Source: Octopus vulgaris
Taxonomy: Eukaryota
Assembly (NCBI GenBank): GCA_951406725.2
Contig: OX597821.1
Coordinates: forward strand, 55,490,001-55,554,000
Direction: 5' to 3'
Length of the DNA: 64,000 nucleotides
The position numbers and the translations under genes were made by a program. The notes under the pieces are model-generated. The model worked only from the letters and a program-made list of their open reading frames with translations. It did not search any database and was not told the DNA's origin. Within the stretch, counting starts at the first letter, position 1. Every line of letters begins with the position of its first letter. Below are positions 1-14,089 of the stretch, in pieces.

Positions 1-620
1 GCAGCACTTTCCTCGCCACACTTTTCTCTTTTTAACTGAAACTTGAAAATATTAAATGTTAAGACAAAATGAAAATGTCTGTATCCAGCTAAATCTCTTT
101 CTCCAAAACCACCAGACAGATAAAGACCACTACCCCTACAGGCTGAAGAAAGGCGATGTGACCGATCTTCACAATAGACTCAGCTGATAGCTGGTTCCAT
201 CCTACACGTGACAGCAGTTGTTCCACACATCACTGTAACTCAGCCACCCTAGGCCAGGGATATCTGACAATTATCTATAAGTATAGTCTTGAAGTCTTCC
301 AGACTAATTGGTATATTTTCATGAACCTCACGAATTCTTTGAGTCCATCGTTAAATTAGACCATCAATAAACCTCTATAGGACGCCAGTGTGGAATTCCT
401 ACCGACTGCAGTTGCTCGACTGGTTGAGATCTGTGAGTGCTTGAAACGTTTGGAATGCTAGACTCTTCATATTGATTTCTGCTTGACCTAGGACTGCGGT
501 TCTGTCAAAGAAACAAGCTGGGAGAAAAATGTATTTGTAAAACAGAGCCCAAATCTTCTCACCGCCAAGGAATTCAAGAAATCGCTTGATATGTGGTAAC
601 CTAAAAAATAAATGAACACT
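1..620 (-). mobile_element. Decayed Tx1/L1-like LINE, ORF2 C-terminal fragment
   Basis: Minus strand near 100-235 reads VEQLLSRVGWNQLSAESIVKIGHIAFLQPVGVVVFICLVVLEKEI, resembling the region after the CCHC motif of Tx1-type ORF2. Stops and frameshifts present. Confidence 0.55.
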
Positions 621-832
621 CAAGCGGGTTTAACCGATGAAGCAACGGAAATTGCCAAAACGGACGTCGTCAGTAAGAATTCTCGATCGGTATTTTTCGG
701 ACAATTATGGTCCCTGTTAGTGCATAAATTGTCATTCATCTGTTAATTACAGCATTAGAGTACTTTATCTCTTATTTCTAGCAATGTAAGTGCTTCTTAG
801 CACCGTAGGCACATTTAGTGATAATTATACAT

Positions 833-841
833 ACACACACA

Positions 842-927
<86 letters not shown>
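833..927. repeat. Compound (CA)n(TA)n microsatellite
   Basis: Directly visible; representative of dozens of similar tracts in the window. Confidence 0.95.
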
Positions 928-929
<2 letters not shown>

Positions 930-931
<2 letters not shown>

Positions 932-1065
932 GCGTCCCAACCATATGTTTCAGAGTTCAGTTTCACTGCGTGGCACCCCGGGCAGGTGTCTTGTACTTTA
1001 GCCTCGGGCCGAACAGGGCTTTGTAAGTGGATTTGGTAGACGAAAGCTAAAAGAAGTCCATCGGA

Positions 1066-1110
<45 letters not shown>

Positions 1111-1312
1111 GTGCGTTTGTCCCCCCACCAACGCTTGACAACCTAAGCTGGTGTGTTAACGTCCCAGTAAATTATTGTTTCGGCAAAAGATACCGATAGA
1201 ATAAGTACTAGGCTTGCAAACTATAAGTCCCGGGATCGATTTGTTCGACTAAATGTGGTGGTCCGGTATGGCCGCATTTAAATGAGAGAAACAAGTGAAT
1301 GAAGAAAAGAAT
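930..1312 (+). mobile_element. tRNA-derived SINE family 1 (internal microsatellite), 5'-truncated copy
   Basis: Shares gcctcgggccga, gtggatttggtagac, gcttgacaac and cgatagaataagtactaggctt with the copy at 47798-48245. Confidence 0.8.
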
Positions 1313-1319
1313 ATATGTA

Positions 1320-1470
1320 CGTTGTGTTGTTTCAGTTTGCGTCAACCAAATCCTCTCACAAGATTTTGGTTGGCGCCAGTCTATAGTATAAGCCACTTGC
1401 TGAAAATGCCAAGCAGGGGGACTGAATCGGTGTCATGTGGTGGGGAAACAAGGTTCTGACCACACAGCCA
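1320..1470 (-). mobile_element. SINE family 1, 5' half, inverted
   Basis: accaaatcctctcacaag...accacacagccac is the reverse complement of the family head. Confidence 0.7.
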
Positions 1471-1831
1471 CGAATACCTTTCTATAAATTAATTAAACCA
1501 TAGCCACCATCACAGGAAATTGTACTACGTTTAAGTTTTACATCTGAACATATAGGAGAATTTGATGTTGTGTCTTAAAACAGGCAAAAAAAGAATATAT
1601 GGATAAGCAATTTAAATTCAGTTGTCTAAAATAATTTAAGCTTTTAACAATAACTTCGATTGATCTAAGAGATCAATAGACATAGCGGTGCCAGGATTGT
1701 TAATTAAAAGGTAATCAGAACATTAGCAAATGTATTCCCAGTTAAAGAGGGCATGGCAAAGAGTTAACTGACATCAGACATCTGATGTAATCATCACCCC
1801 TTCGTATCCATACCTACGGTGGATACACACG

Positions 1832-1893
<62 letters not shown>

Positions 1894-1927
1894 TATATTT
1901 ATATTTATATGCATATATATATATATA

Positions 1928-2160
1928 TTACGGAGATGTACTTGCATAGCAAGTGATTTGATCTGAGATCGTGTGCTGGAACGAAAACAATTGCAGCGTG
2001 GAAGGTGTTTGTAAGCCATTTCAGAAACACACAAAAGTCGTTCGATTCACTTCAACATTTAAGTTTAATTTGTCAAAATATTTTCGTCGCTATTTGACCG
2101 CGACCTCTTCACTGACAAAAATCTGTGCTGCATCTGAGAAAGTAACACTTAGTTCGTCAT
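1928..2160 (-). mobile_element. Short Penelope pLTR-like element between TA microsatellites, carrying a hammerhead-like motif
   Basis: Flanked by TA-rich repeats; contains the motif at 2069-2119. Confidence 0.5.
2069..2119 (-). ncRNA. Minimal type I hammerhead ribozyme-like motif (C3 variant)
   Basis: Minus strand: tttgtca GTGAAGA g gtcgc ggtcaaata gcgac GAAA atat TT tgacaaa. Stems I and II pair perfectly and stem III is a short palindrome; C3 is replaced by G. Confidence 0.6.
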
Positions 2161-3250
2161 ATATATGTACGTATGTATGTGTGTATATATGTATACATGC
2201 ATGTATGCATGCATGCATGCATGTATGTATGTACGTACATACGCCTGTGTGTATGTATGTATGTATGTATGTATATATGTATGTATGTATGTATGCACGC
2301 ACATACACACTATAAACTTAAAGCTATAAACCTGTAGTGATGGATAGATGTTGAATTACCACTCATCACAACAATATCAAATTTGAACCTCCCCCGCCGA
2401 AACTAGGAAGTGATTTACGACCCTCACCCCCAAAACAAAGCTCTAAAACCTATTATCAGACATTTTTCTCTATATCACAAAACTTTTGTTTTCCTATTAC
2501 TTATCTTTTTTTTCCTCCCTTACATCTAGTTAGTTCAGGTTAAATATATATACGTAAGTATGTGTGTATGTATGTATGTATGTATGTATGTATGTATGTA
2601 TGTATGTATGTATGTATGTATGTGTGTGTGTATGCACGTACGTATGTGCATACGTATGTATACAAGCACGTATGCATGTGCCTATGTATGTGTGGCCGTA
2701 CATGTACGTGCGTATGTACGTGTATATGCCCATACGTAGATATGTATGTATGTTTGTACTTATGTGCTACGTATGTATGTGAGTATCTAGGAGAATGGGC
2801 AGACGCGTCTATGTGTGTACATGTGTATGTGCATGTGAACGTATGTCCGTGTACTGGTATGTGTCCGTCCAAGTTGTGTACATGACTGTTACTTTGTTGA
2901 AGGTTGTATATATACACACATACATGTTTGTATAGACGCACACACACATATATATATGTGTGGGTGTGTGTTTGTTCCTCTCATCATCGTCTAACTGTGA
3001 ATGGATACAAAGTTTAGGGGCAAATGTGCACATATAACCATATACATATACGCAAGTACACACAATCATATAGACACACTCATAAATATACATATAATCT
3101 TAAATTATATACTCATATATTCTTCTCCACTTCTACATACATATGTCCTATTACACACATACACACACACGCACACACACACGCACACGCACGCATAAAC
3201 ATACATACGCACACACACTCACACATACATGCAAAATACGACACAGTATA
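2160..3250. repeat. Degenerate (TATG)n/(CA)n simple-repeat fields
   Basis: Directly visible; source of the spurious MYVC and HTYI ORFs. Confidence 0.9.
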
Positions 3251-3584
3251 CAAGGGCAACGGTTAAAAATCGAACATGGATTATATTAACCTATGGGCTC
3301 TTTTTATTTTATTTTTAAATTCTTTTTTATTTTGTATATGCATAAACGCATACATATACAATACATACATCCATACATGGTCATATGTGCATGCATGTGC
3401 ATTTTTTTTATAGCACCACACACGCACATACGTATCAAACAACGTACGCCCTTACGGTTATATATAACTGCACATAAGTGCTTTAGCACGACCAAGGCAA
3501 CATGTATGTAAGGATTACATGTAAACGAGAGAGCGAGATGGGTGGTTATAGAATGGTCCATCTGAATGGGATCTGGATGTTACT

Positions 3585-3637
<53 letters not shown>

Positions 3638-3639
<2 letters not shown>

Positions 3640-4076
3640 TGAATTGAAGAAATGGAGCTGAACGCAGATTGAACAGAAATCGTTTTATTTCATTCTACAC
3701 GTGAGAGAAGAGCAGAGAGAGACCAAAATCTCGATGGAATAATGGGACCATATTGTGTCTTTCTCTTCAGGAAGAAAATACGGAAATCGCGTTGGAAAAA
3801 CAAACAGAACAGAGGCGTGTTTAAAAACAAATCGAACTATGCTCCTAAGAGCTCCATGGGCTCTTAGGGCATAGTTCGATTTGATTTTGCTCCGCCTCTG
3901 TTCTGTTTTTGTTTTCCAACGATTTCTATTTTCTTCCTGAGAAAGACCAATATGGTCCCATTATTCCATCGGATTTTGCGTCATTTGTGCCTTTAAAACA
4001 ATGCGAACGCATTGTGTAGAATGAAATAAAACGATTTCTGTTCAATCTGCGTTCAGCTCCATTTCTTCAATTCACC
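3638..4076. repeat. ~440-bp fold-back inverted repeat inside a (TA)n array
   Basis: 3638-3700 is the exact reverse complement of 4014-4076; inner arms are imperfect around a centre near 3855. Confidence 0.9.
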
Positions 4077-4232
4077 AATAATGTTCTAATTTCAATTATC
4101 CGCACCAACGCACGGTTGCAACACCATATGGTTGTACCTCCAACCGTGCTGTTTTACTGCTGTGATTTTTGCTACTAAGGTATCGGTTAAACTTTTGATT
4201 AATCTACTACAAGATTATTCATCTTTCTATTT

Positions 4233-4366
<134 letters not shown>

Positions 4367-4389
4367 TATAGATATATAGATATATATAT

Positions 4390-4675
4390 CTCGCAATGGC
4401 CTAGTGGTTAGGGCAGCGAACTAGCGGTCGTATGATCACGGTTTCGCTTTCCAGACGAGTCGTTGTGAGTGTTTATTGAGCGAAAACACCTAAAAGCTCC
4501 ATGAGGCTCCGGCAGGGGGTGGTGATCCCTGCTGTACTCTTTCACCACTCTTTCTCCCATTCTTTCTTCTGTTGACCTGCTCGCTTAGCCAGCGGGGTGG
4601 CGTCATTCGAAGGCTAAAACAATGCGAACGCATTGTGACCAGCGATGTGTAACAACATCTGATGGTCTGGTCGGT

Positions 4676-4682
<7 letters not shown>
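4390..4682 (+). mobile_element. tRNA-derived SINE family 3
   Basis: A-box-like tggcctagtggttagg and degenerate B box ggtttcgcttt; flanked by TA repeats. Confidence 0.65.
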
Positions 4683-4716
<34 letters not shown>

Positions 4717-5183
4717 TATATACACACACATACCAGAAAATGTAGAAACAGTAATATAAGGAGTATAAATACAAATATATTAATAAATGAATATATAAAA
4801 TATAAACAGTAAAGAATTATAGAAAATTTACTTGTGGTTCCAACACAAGTGTCGCAAAGCCTTACATTAAAAATACAAATCTAAGAAGAATCAGCGACGG
4901 ATGGATTGAGAACGGTGTCGGAAGCAGTTCCCTCAACAACAAGCAAATATTGGTATAAGGAAGTACAAGATAATGTTAAAGTATAAATTATTCCTAGTAT
5001 TAAAAACTATTCAAATGAGACGAGCTTACTGGAGTGAATTACAGCGTATAGGTTTAAATATATGCTTCGACGTAAACGATTATGAATTTCGATTTTTTGT
5101 GGTTTATCAATATTGCAGATCGGAATCGAAGCGAGGACGAGTCAAATCGTTTGGTGGACAGAAACTGAAAGTAGACTGTCATG

Positions 5184-5220
<37 letters not shown>

Positions 5221-5289
5221 GTGTGTGTGTGAGCGTGTGTGTGTGAGCGTGTGTGTGTGCGCGTGTATGTTTGAGCGAGTGTGTATGTG

Positions 5290-5520
5290 TGTGTGTGTGT
5301 CTGTGACTGAGCCCACCACCACCACCATCACCGTCGGTTTACAGCCGGTGTTGGTGTGTTTACGTCACCGTTACATAGAGGATTGACAAAAGCGACCGAT
5401 AGTATAAGTGCTAAGTTTAAAATATAAAAAACATAATACTGGGGTAGCTTTAATCAGCAAAATATCTTGAAGATGGTGCCCCAACATGACCGCAATATAA
5501 TGACGTAAACAATTAAAAAA
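5290..5520 (+). mobile_element. SINE family 1, 3' half
   Basis: ggtgtgtttacgtcaccgt...gaccgatagtataagt matches the family 3' part; A-rich tail. Confidence 0.65.
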
Positions 5521-5639
5521 AAAAAAAAATGAATAAAATAATATTTTAAATTCTCACGCATGTCTACTCTCTCTCTCTCTCTCTCTCTTTCACTCTCTTA
5601 CACACACACATACACACACATTCTCAATGGGCACTAATC

Positions 5640-5930
5640 TTACTACTGACCCAAAGAGACCGTTTTGCAGTTCCCTTTGATTGTAAGCGATATTAATGAT
5701 ACATTAAAAATTGAAAAATATCACGACCTATTCAGAGAAATAAGGGTAAAAAGTCTTATTTTAATTGACGTAACCGGTACAACAACCAAACTGCTCCCAG
5801 AATGGTTGAAGAATTGTGACTATTATTGTGGATTTGCAAGAAACTGCCATGTATTCTACAAAATCCATTGAAAGTTTCTCAAAATTTGAGGAATCTTATC
5901 ACGAAAACCCAGGATTACACCTCTTCTATC
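5640..5930 (+). mobile_element. Decayed R4/Dong-like REL endonuclease 3' fragment
   Basis: KIEKYHDLFREI...GTTTKLLPEWLK...LQETAM resembles the C-terminus of the ORF at 41686-42231. Confidence 0.55.
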
Positions 5931-6499
5931 TGAATGAGTATGCAATAACTTTTATAATTGTATACTTATTAAATGTCACTTGAATAATTATACGTAAATG
6001 CAGAAGTAAACTTACCATTTCATCGTACATTTATCAACGTAGACATCAACCTCGACATCAGCATCTAATAACGAAAGTAAATCATATCTGGTTTACCTCG
6101 AAGCTAGATCAATGTTCTTACTGAATAAATTTGAATATAATTTCTGACGTATACTAATGCGACTATAGCGAAGAAAAGTATTAATTAGAAGACTTTTGGC
6201 GTGTATCGCAAAGTGTCAAGAATGCTAGAAGGTTGATGTGAACTCAAGATTGATGAGAGAAAATTGATACATTAATTTAAGCCATTTATTCTTTAAAGTT
6301 TAACATATCGTGCGCGTACATGACAAATATTTAGAGGAGAATGAAAATTATCTTAGCGTGGTGGTAGATTGTTTGGATTCGAGACTACAACATAGGCTCG
6401 CATCTGTTCGACGCATTTTGCTTCACTTATTTCTCATGTTTCGTCATATAACTTGGTGTTAAATAAAGTCTGCTAATAATTATACTAATAATCTCTCAC

Positions 6500-6690
6500 G
6501 CGACGAAGGGTAGAATCGTTAGTACGTTGGTCACAATGCTTAGCGGTATTTCGTCCGTCTTTACGTTCTGAGTTTGTTAGAGTCAAAAGTATCAGTCGAG
6601 CAATGTCAGGAGGAGGAAATAGGTCGATTACATCGACCTATTTCCTCCTCCTGACATTGCTGGCCTTGTGTCAGACTTTGAAATCAGTAA
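6500..6690 (+). mobile_element. SINE family 2 fragment containing a perfect palindrome
   Basis: aatgcttagcggtatttcgtccgtctttacgttctgagt matches 23877-24280; palindrome at 6600-6660. Confidence 0.65.
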
Positions 6691-8460
6691 CTACACTCTT
6701 TCAACCATAAGAATACTTACAAAATAAGCCAGTTTTTGGTGAGGTTACCACCCATTAAAGATTTCTGTTTCAAATAGGAACTTACAATATGCAGGATTTT
6801 CTCAATACTGTGACCGAGATAAATGAAATCCAACAAAGAGTGATAGCAAATTGAAGATTTCAGTCACTATAGCTTCATATTCTATCCTTTCTCGCTAATT
6901 TACATCCCACACATTACAGTTTAGACTCATGAAACTAGGGAATGTATGGATTCGTTTAAATTTAAAACATCCATTTCATTTCTTTTGGTAAAGCCCTAAC
7001 TAATATATTTGTCTAAGGGAAGTTACCCTTGTGTTTCGTTACGTTATCTTTTATTGCATATGCAAAAATAGCGCGACATTGAGATATTCATGTTCTCTTA
7101 ATGATTCGACGATCAAACATGTGCAAAAAAATGTACAGAAGCTGGTGAACTCTTTACTTAAACCTTATCTGCGATATTTATCTTCAAACTCTGACTCACT
7201 GATACACACAACACACGCATACACGCACACGATTCCAGATCACAGATCACCTGGGGATTCATACAGAAGACCATAGAAACCGAAGTGAATATATATTTCA
7301 GACCAGACATATTCTGAGCCTTCTGAGTTTTATAGTTTATTTTATGTATCCTGACGGTGTGTAGCCTTCATATCTACAATGGTGGTGAGAAATGTTTTTT
7401 TTTCATCGGACTTAGAGAGGATTTACATCATGCACGTCATATGGATACCCAAATCTATATCCCAGTATACGTGCATTCGTTCTGTTAAATCCGATACCGT
7501 TCACACACCTTGACTTACCTGTCACAACCACTGAGAGAGTGACTCGCTTTTCTATTATGAGTATGATTTGCCGTGTTATTCTCATGTGATATTTATTTAC
7601 TCTGATGTTCATTTAGTCCTGCTTTTTTTCTACCCAATCTAAAACTACAGGATCATATGTGAGCTCTTCACCTTTCCAGATCTCACTCTTATGAAAACTG
7701 AAATATTTTTATACAATAATCATGGAAGTTGCTACAGTTAAAATTTTTTCGTAAAATGTTTTATTTTCATCCAATTATTAGCTAATACAAAAACACATTA
7801 AATTGATTGGTATTAATACCTTTCTTTAATTACTGCTTTGCAACTGTCGAACCAAATGCTAGAAATTGTACCCAGATTTCTTTGAATCACATTTAGTAGC
7901 AAAGGATGTATTGTATTATGCAATACTATGTAATGTTTATTGCGGTGTATAAAAATGTAGTCTTAACACCCTCCTAAAACTAGGAAACGTTTAATGCATC
8001 ACAATAATTTATAAAATTTAAACCTCCTGATGTGAAGTCGCCAGCCAGTGATTAATGACGGGTGGCTGATCCCTGCCACAACTACAGACATGGCTGATAT
8101 ACGATGCATAAAAAAGACAATATGGTAAGGGATAAAATTATTTTGATCATAAGTGTGTTCGATTAGGATTTGCCTGGAGCTAAAGGGCAACGGCATTATC
8201 CACGAACTATTTTTTTAAATAGAGGTCATGATATTTCATATCAGATTTAGCATTTCATTTCTCTTTATTTATTTTTTTCATAACTTAAAATCTCGTTAAA
8301 TCTTATAAAATGAACATCTGCTGCAATAATCTCGGATTTACTATTGTAACATGGAAACGAGAAACTGCTGTAAGCACTCTTTTGTATATTCTTTTTCCTT
8401 CACAAACACGCACACACATTCACGCGTATGTATGAATGTATGTATGCATGTGTACACGTT

Positions 8461-8503
<43 letters not shown>

Positions 8504-9401
8504 ATATATTTATATATATATACGTATGTATGTATGTATGTATGTACGTATGTACGAACGTACATATGTATGTATGTATGTATTTCATACTTGCTTCTTT
8601 CATTTGTACTCTTAATTTTCAAACATTTATCCTTTATTTTCATATTTTTTCTGCAATTATTCATTTCCATCATCAAATATACCTTCTTTCTTCGTTATTC
8701 TTTTTGCCTATGTCCATAGCTTTCTCTTCCTTTTTCAGTGCATTTAACTTTGTTCTCCTTTTTCTCAAAGTTTCTGCCTAATATGTCTAGTAGGCATTTA
8801 AAATTTTCTCTTTAATTAGTTTGTTATTTTTTAAAATTCCTCCTTTTTGTTATTTTCTTTCCGCAGCTTTACTGGTTTACATTTACTTAACTTCTTTTAG
8901 CCATTGCACTTTTGCATTTCTTTCATCGCATTTTTCATACATTTTTCTTTCTCTTTCTCTTCCTCCGCCTTAATTTCTTTGTTTCTCTGGAAGTCCACTT
9001 CTTTTTCTCATTTATTTACCCTTTTCCTGAATTCCATATTATTTTCATGTTTTGTTTTTCTTAAATCACATTTCTACTTTAAAACGTGTGAAGAATCTTA
9101 TTACATTTACCTGTATGGACATTTATCGCTTATTTACTGTTACACATGGGAGCGACAAAAATAGAAAAAAACCTACGGTAGAGTAACAAAAAAGTACATT
9201 TAATAGAAGTAAGAATTGGGTGAGCGCCGTAAAGAAGCTTTAAATAAGCTCAGGTTGCAAATCAGTTTCGAGTTTCCAGTCACATCATTTGATTTATACT
9301 AATAAGTCTCTACAGAATTACTGAAATGTCATAAAAATTCCTATTCTGTCTATATATAATACGGAATACAGTTAGATTTGGAGATAAATATCAAATTGCA
9401 A

Positions 9402-9494
<93 letters not shown>

Positions 9495-9564
9495 TGTATG
9501 TTTGTATGTATTCATGCATATGTTTATAGATATGTAAGTATGTATGTATATAATATAATACATA

Positions 9565-9608
<44 letters not shown>

Positions 9609-9859
9609 AGGGAAAATCCAACCACATTTGCTTATTCCAGTATCAGAATCCAATATCTAGATGCTGTAGTTGTTGTATTGATATGAGGTTCATATTAGAG
9701 TTGAAAATTCTAGAAATATTGTTTGCAGAGTTATTGTATAACCAAATAAGATTTTAGAAAAGTGTTGTTACTATTCATTGACCAGTAAATATGTTTCATT
9801 TGCTAAAAGGAATCATCAAGTTGTACAAGATCATCAATTTGGATAAACATGAAGAAAAT

Positions 9860-10730
9860 TTCTTATTAAAAAAAATGTTGTGACAGAGATCAAATAATAA
9901 AATTTTACAGGTGTTTATATAGAGTTAGTAATAAGACGTCGTATAGATATTTGGGGGAAAAGACAAAAATCAAAGCAAGTGGTAAAGGAAACTCTCTCTC
10001 CCCTTTTCTCTACTACTGGATTTGCTCTTTATACTTTTTAATAAGAAATTGTTTACATATTTATCCAACGTGTATTAGCAAAAGAAACGTGTAATGGTGA
10101 ATAAATAATGCTTAACAATTTTTGAATTTTCCGTTTGTTCCAGACTTAAGGCTGGAAAGAATATATATATATATTCTGCGTTGTGTGGAGCTGTTAAAAA
10201 TGGGGCTATTTTTATTGTAAGTCGCTCTTGAAAGGCGATAACAGCTAGGAATAAAATATGCCTCAAACGACCATTTAGTATGTCGGTTGGTAGTTACAAA
10301 ATAAGAAAGGAAAAAAATCTAAATAGAAACTACCATCAAAACGATGAACGCAAGACTTAAAGAATTAAAATCATATTATCTTGGAAACAATAAGAAGCGA
10401 TTTTTATAAGGAACATGCTCAAGGAAAGAATTACCTAGGGTAGAAACATTTCACAAAGGGGAAGAATCCGTTTCAAAAGAAGCAAAAATTCACAAGAATG
10501 ACGACAGAGTTAAAGTTTTGCTGCCAAAATTAGACCTATAATGTTAGAAACTCGGTTTTGAATAGTTGAATGAAGTTTTGATAGATTCTGTTTGTTGTTT
10601 ATTGTTATTTTTTATTTTTAGTTACTCTTTCAGAAGACCGATGAGTAAAGACTGAACATTGCCGTCAAAACCTTTTTTGTTTCTTTAACGTGGCTGTATG
10701 TATCTAAAATTATAATAACCAGTGTGTATA
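9860..10730 (+). mobile_element. Possible highly decayed Penelope-like 3' region
   Basis: Weak resemblance to sequence downstream of a GIY-YIG domain, with a degenerate ccgatgag motif near 10640. Confidence 0.3.
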
Positions 10731-11839
10731 TTCTCTATTCACATGCTATATCGTCGTGTGGTTGCAATTTCTGTCGTGAAGTCGTGGATTAACGCACACC
10801 TTACATTCCTGTTTAATACAGATGTATAATTCACGAAGAGGTGGTATTTAGACGAGATTTGACAACTTTTGTGGCATTTGAATGACTATAAATTGGAGAT
10901 TTTATTTCTTTCCACTATTCACTTTGGAACACTGGAATATTTTTAATTCTGTTGAACTCTAGATCAGTGATGATTTTTTATATTTTTCTGTAGACACTTT
11001 TATCGTAATTGAGCCAATAAAGGCTAGTTAATTCCATTTAGCTTAATTAATATAATAATTAGGTTCAAGAATGGAGGGTAGAAAACCTTTAAGATTATTA
11101 TCAAAAATAGAGGTTAGGCAATACAGTGATGATTGAGTTCAATCTTTGCAGTTTGCTGACTACGCTAAGTACTTATTTATATATTTTCATCTCGATTATT
11201 TTAGATCTCCTGCAGATATATAAACATTCTTGGAACTAGTGAAGTGTACATTCCTTAGATAGTAAATCCTTAGATAGCAACTAAATTAAGTTAGGAATTT
11301 GATTAGAACAACTTGTTAAATTATATTGGTAACCTCAGTTTAGAAATTAATGTTTTGCATTAATTCACATTTTAGATATCCTTTATTATATTCAGACTTA
11401 ATAGACGTATAAATGTAAACCATTCTATTGAAAATAGGGACGTGAAAAGAAAATGTGCTGATTCCGCTGTATATTACATCAGCATTTGGGATACCATCCA
11501 TACTGTTTTAAAAGGAGGACACAATCAAGAATGTATATGATAGTGGAGGAAATAATAACAAATTTCATAATATTTATGATGATATCGATAACAATATTGT
11601 TTATAAAGGAATGTAATCACGATCATTGACAAAATAGTTGCACTAATTTGAATAGTACAATATGTTAGGCAAAAGCCAATATATTGAGATCAGGAAATGC
11701 ATAGGGTATGTACATCAACAAAGCATGGTCGAGACAGGAATGCAATGAAACACATGATATACAATAACAAGCACATTATTATGTAGATAAAGTCAAATTT
11801 GTGATTATTTTCGAGGAATGAATAGAAATACAGCGACGC

Positions 11840-12090
11840 ATTGCACACACAGAGGATTTGGTAAACGGGAACTGAAGGAAACTCGTCATATACGTATGTT
11901 CTTGTGTTTTTGTGTATATGTGTGCTTGTTTATATCTTTGATCCCCAACCGCTGTTGGTATGTTTATGTTGCCGTATCCTAGGGGTTTGACAAACGAGAT
12001 CAACAGAATTAGTTCAACTAATATTCCTCCAGGCGCTGCTCCAGTATGCCTTCAATAAGATGGTTGAAACAAGTAAAATTTAAAGATAGA
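11840..12090 (+). mobile_element. SINE family 1, degenerate copy
   Basis: ggatttggtaaacgggaactgaagg...gaaacaagtaaaa. Confidence 0.65.
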
Positions 12091-13033
12091 ATATGTACAT
12101 AGATATTCGTTAATTTGTAAAAATGGTTCAATGGCATTTCCATTTCTTCAATGTATTCTTCATTAGATTATTAAATGAAGAGTATTGAAGATGTTCGGAA
12201 TTGCAATTTACTCTCAGGACGTTTTAGAAGAAGTGGATAAGAGAAATTAAAATGACATTTGCACACGGAGTAAACTTTTGCTAATGTCACAAATTATGAC
12301 AGAATCTCAACGCCTCAAGATGGAATCACCAGATCTTGTTCATTCCTTGTTTATTATTTTTCCTTTAAATGATTTTTAACTACCTCCACCATCATCATTA
12401 CCATCATCATGTTTCAGGTGAAGCAAAAGCAGCTACACCAGCGGTAGCAACCAAAACCCCAGGTATACGAGCAATATAAACAATCATTGTACTATCACTA
12501 AAAACACTTATGTTGTCATCAGCTCCAAATCAGTATCTAACTTGGAGATGTTCTATAACAAAAAATCCCAAATACAATAACCGTTACGAGACTACGTGGT
12601 TCCGTCCCGTTGCAGATCTGTCATATTTGAATATTTGCTTATCTGATACGGATTTTACATTATTATTTTCACAGCTTTCTTTTGGCTGCTGCATAAGAAT
12701 AGCGAGTGAATCGTTTGTCATATACACAACCGAGAGAAATTCATTAGTGTGGTGGTCTGCAAGTAGGGAATCGATAAAACTCGATGATCTTTTCTGCGAA
12801 GTATTGTTAAAGATAGATTTATACGTTCCAGTAATCGCTTTATAACTGAGAGTTGATGGGCGGGATTCACCTGCCTTATGAACCGAGTACATATTGTTAT
12901 ATAGGGGGTATAACTCACAAGTTTAATTCCATTATTGTGATAGGAAATAGATTTTCAATTGCCATTTGTGTCTACGTTGGATCCATATAAATGTAACTGA
13001 TCCTGTGAGATTCATAGTTGTAACAAAAGCAGC

Positions 13034-13180
<147 letters not shown>

Positions 13181-13504
13181 TGCTTTTAAAAATGAGAACA
13201 ATACTGACATCATTAATTGTTAGCCACCGTCAAAATCTATACAATTTGGATTTCTTCAACCATTCTCAACTCAAAATCTACAAACTTCATTAATGGAACG
13301 TCACACAACAGCATTTTACATTCCTATTCGTTGTATTTTATTACTTAATAGTTGAAATCTTTTTCTACGATGCCTGATAAAATTATTTCTACATTATGCA
13401 CGTACTTTCATAAATCGTGGAAATAATGTTTAGAGTGACTTCGTGAACATTTGCAACAGAATATGAGATTAAAAAATTAAGATTCCGCATTACATATTAT
13501 CTAT

Positions 13505-14032
13505 ATGGTGGCTTCCCCCCTCGTTATCGAGTATGGCCAATGCACGAAGCTTAATCAATGTTGTTATCGTGCAATGCCTGTGCAAGAAGATTTTTTAAAG
13601 TCAGGAAAGGCTGTGCACTGAGTCAATCGCACTCACTAAGTAGCAGCATCCATTATCCGAAAAGAAGAACAAGTCAACATCATCGGTAACCACTGAACCG
13701 CAGATTTTCTGTCGGAGTTATCCCAGTTACCTGAGTTATCTTCTCCTAGAAGGATGCTCTGACAAAAGCTAGGAGTCCTTCGAGTATTCAGTCCGATTAT
13801 TTCTATGTCCCCGCGCATGATACACCCTTAAGACATTTATTGGATGGCCGGTGACTCTCAAGAGTTCCTCCGCCATTTGACGGGTTTTGTTTTTCATCCT
13901 GCAGGGTGTCCAATAAACACCCTCCTCACCAAGCAAGTTTGGTGAGGTTGCCGGTTTAGTCGCCGACGACCCGACCATGCAACAGGTTGTACTGGGTTAC
14001 ATGTTACCAATAGCACTCGAAAGTGACCTGAC
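13505..14032 (-). mobile_element. Probable RTE-related retroposon fragment
   Basis: GC-richer block with no intact ORF; ends resemble RTE 5' UTR and 3' tail sequence from memory only. Confidence 0.35.
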
Positions 14033-14089
14033 ATATTATATATATATACGTGCATACATGCACACACGCACGCACACACACAATATTGT

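Noticed and set aside
12510-12892. Overlapping 102-111 aa ORFs as a standalone gene
   Set aside because: No recognisable domain; the region falls at the decayed 3' end of relic B.
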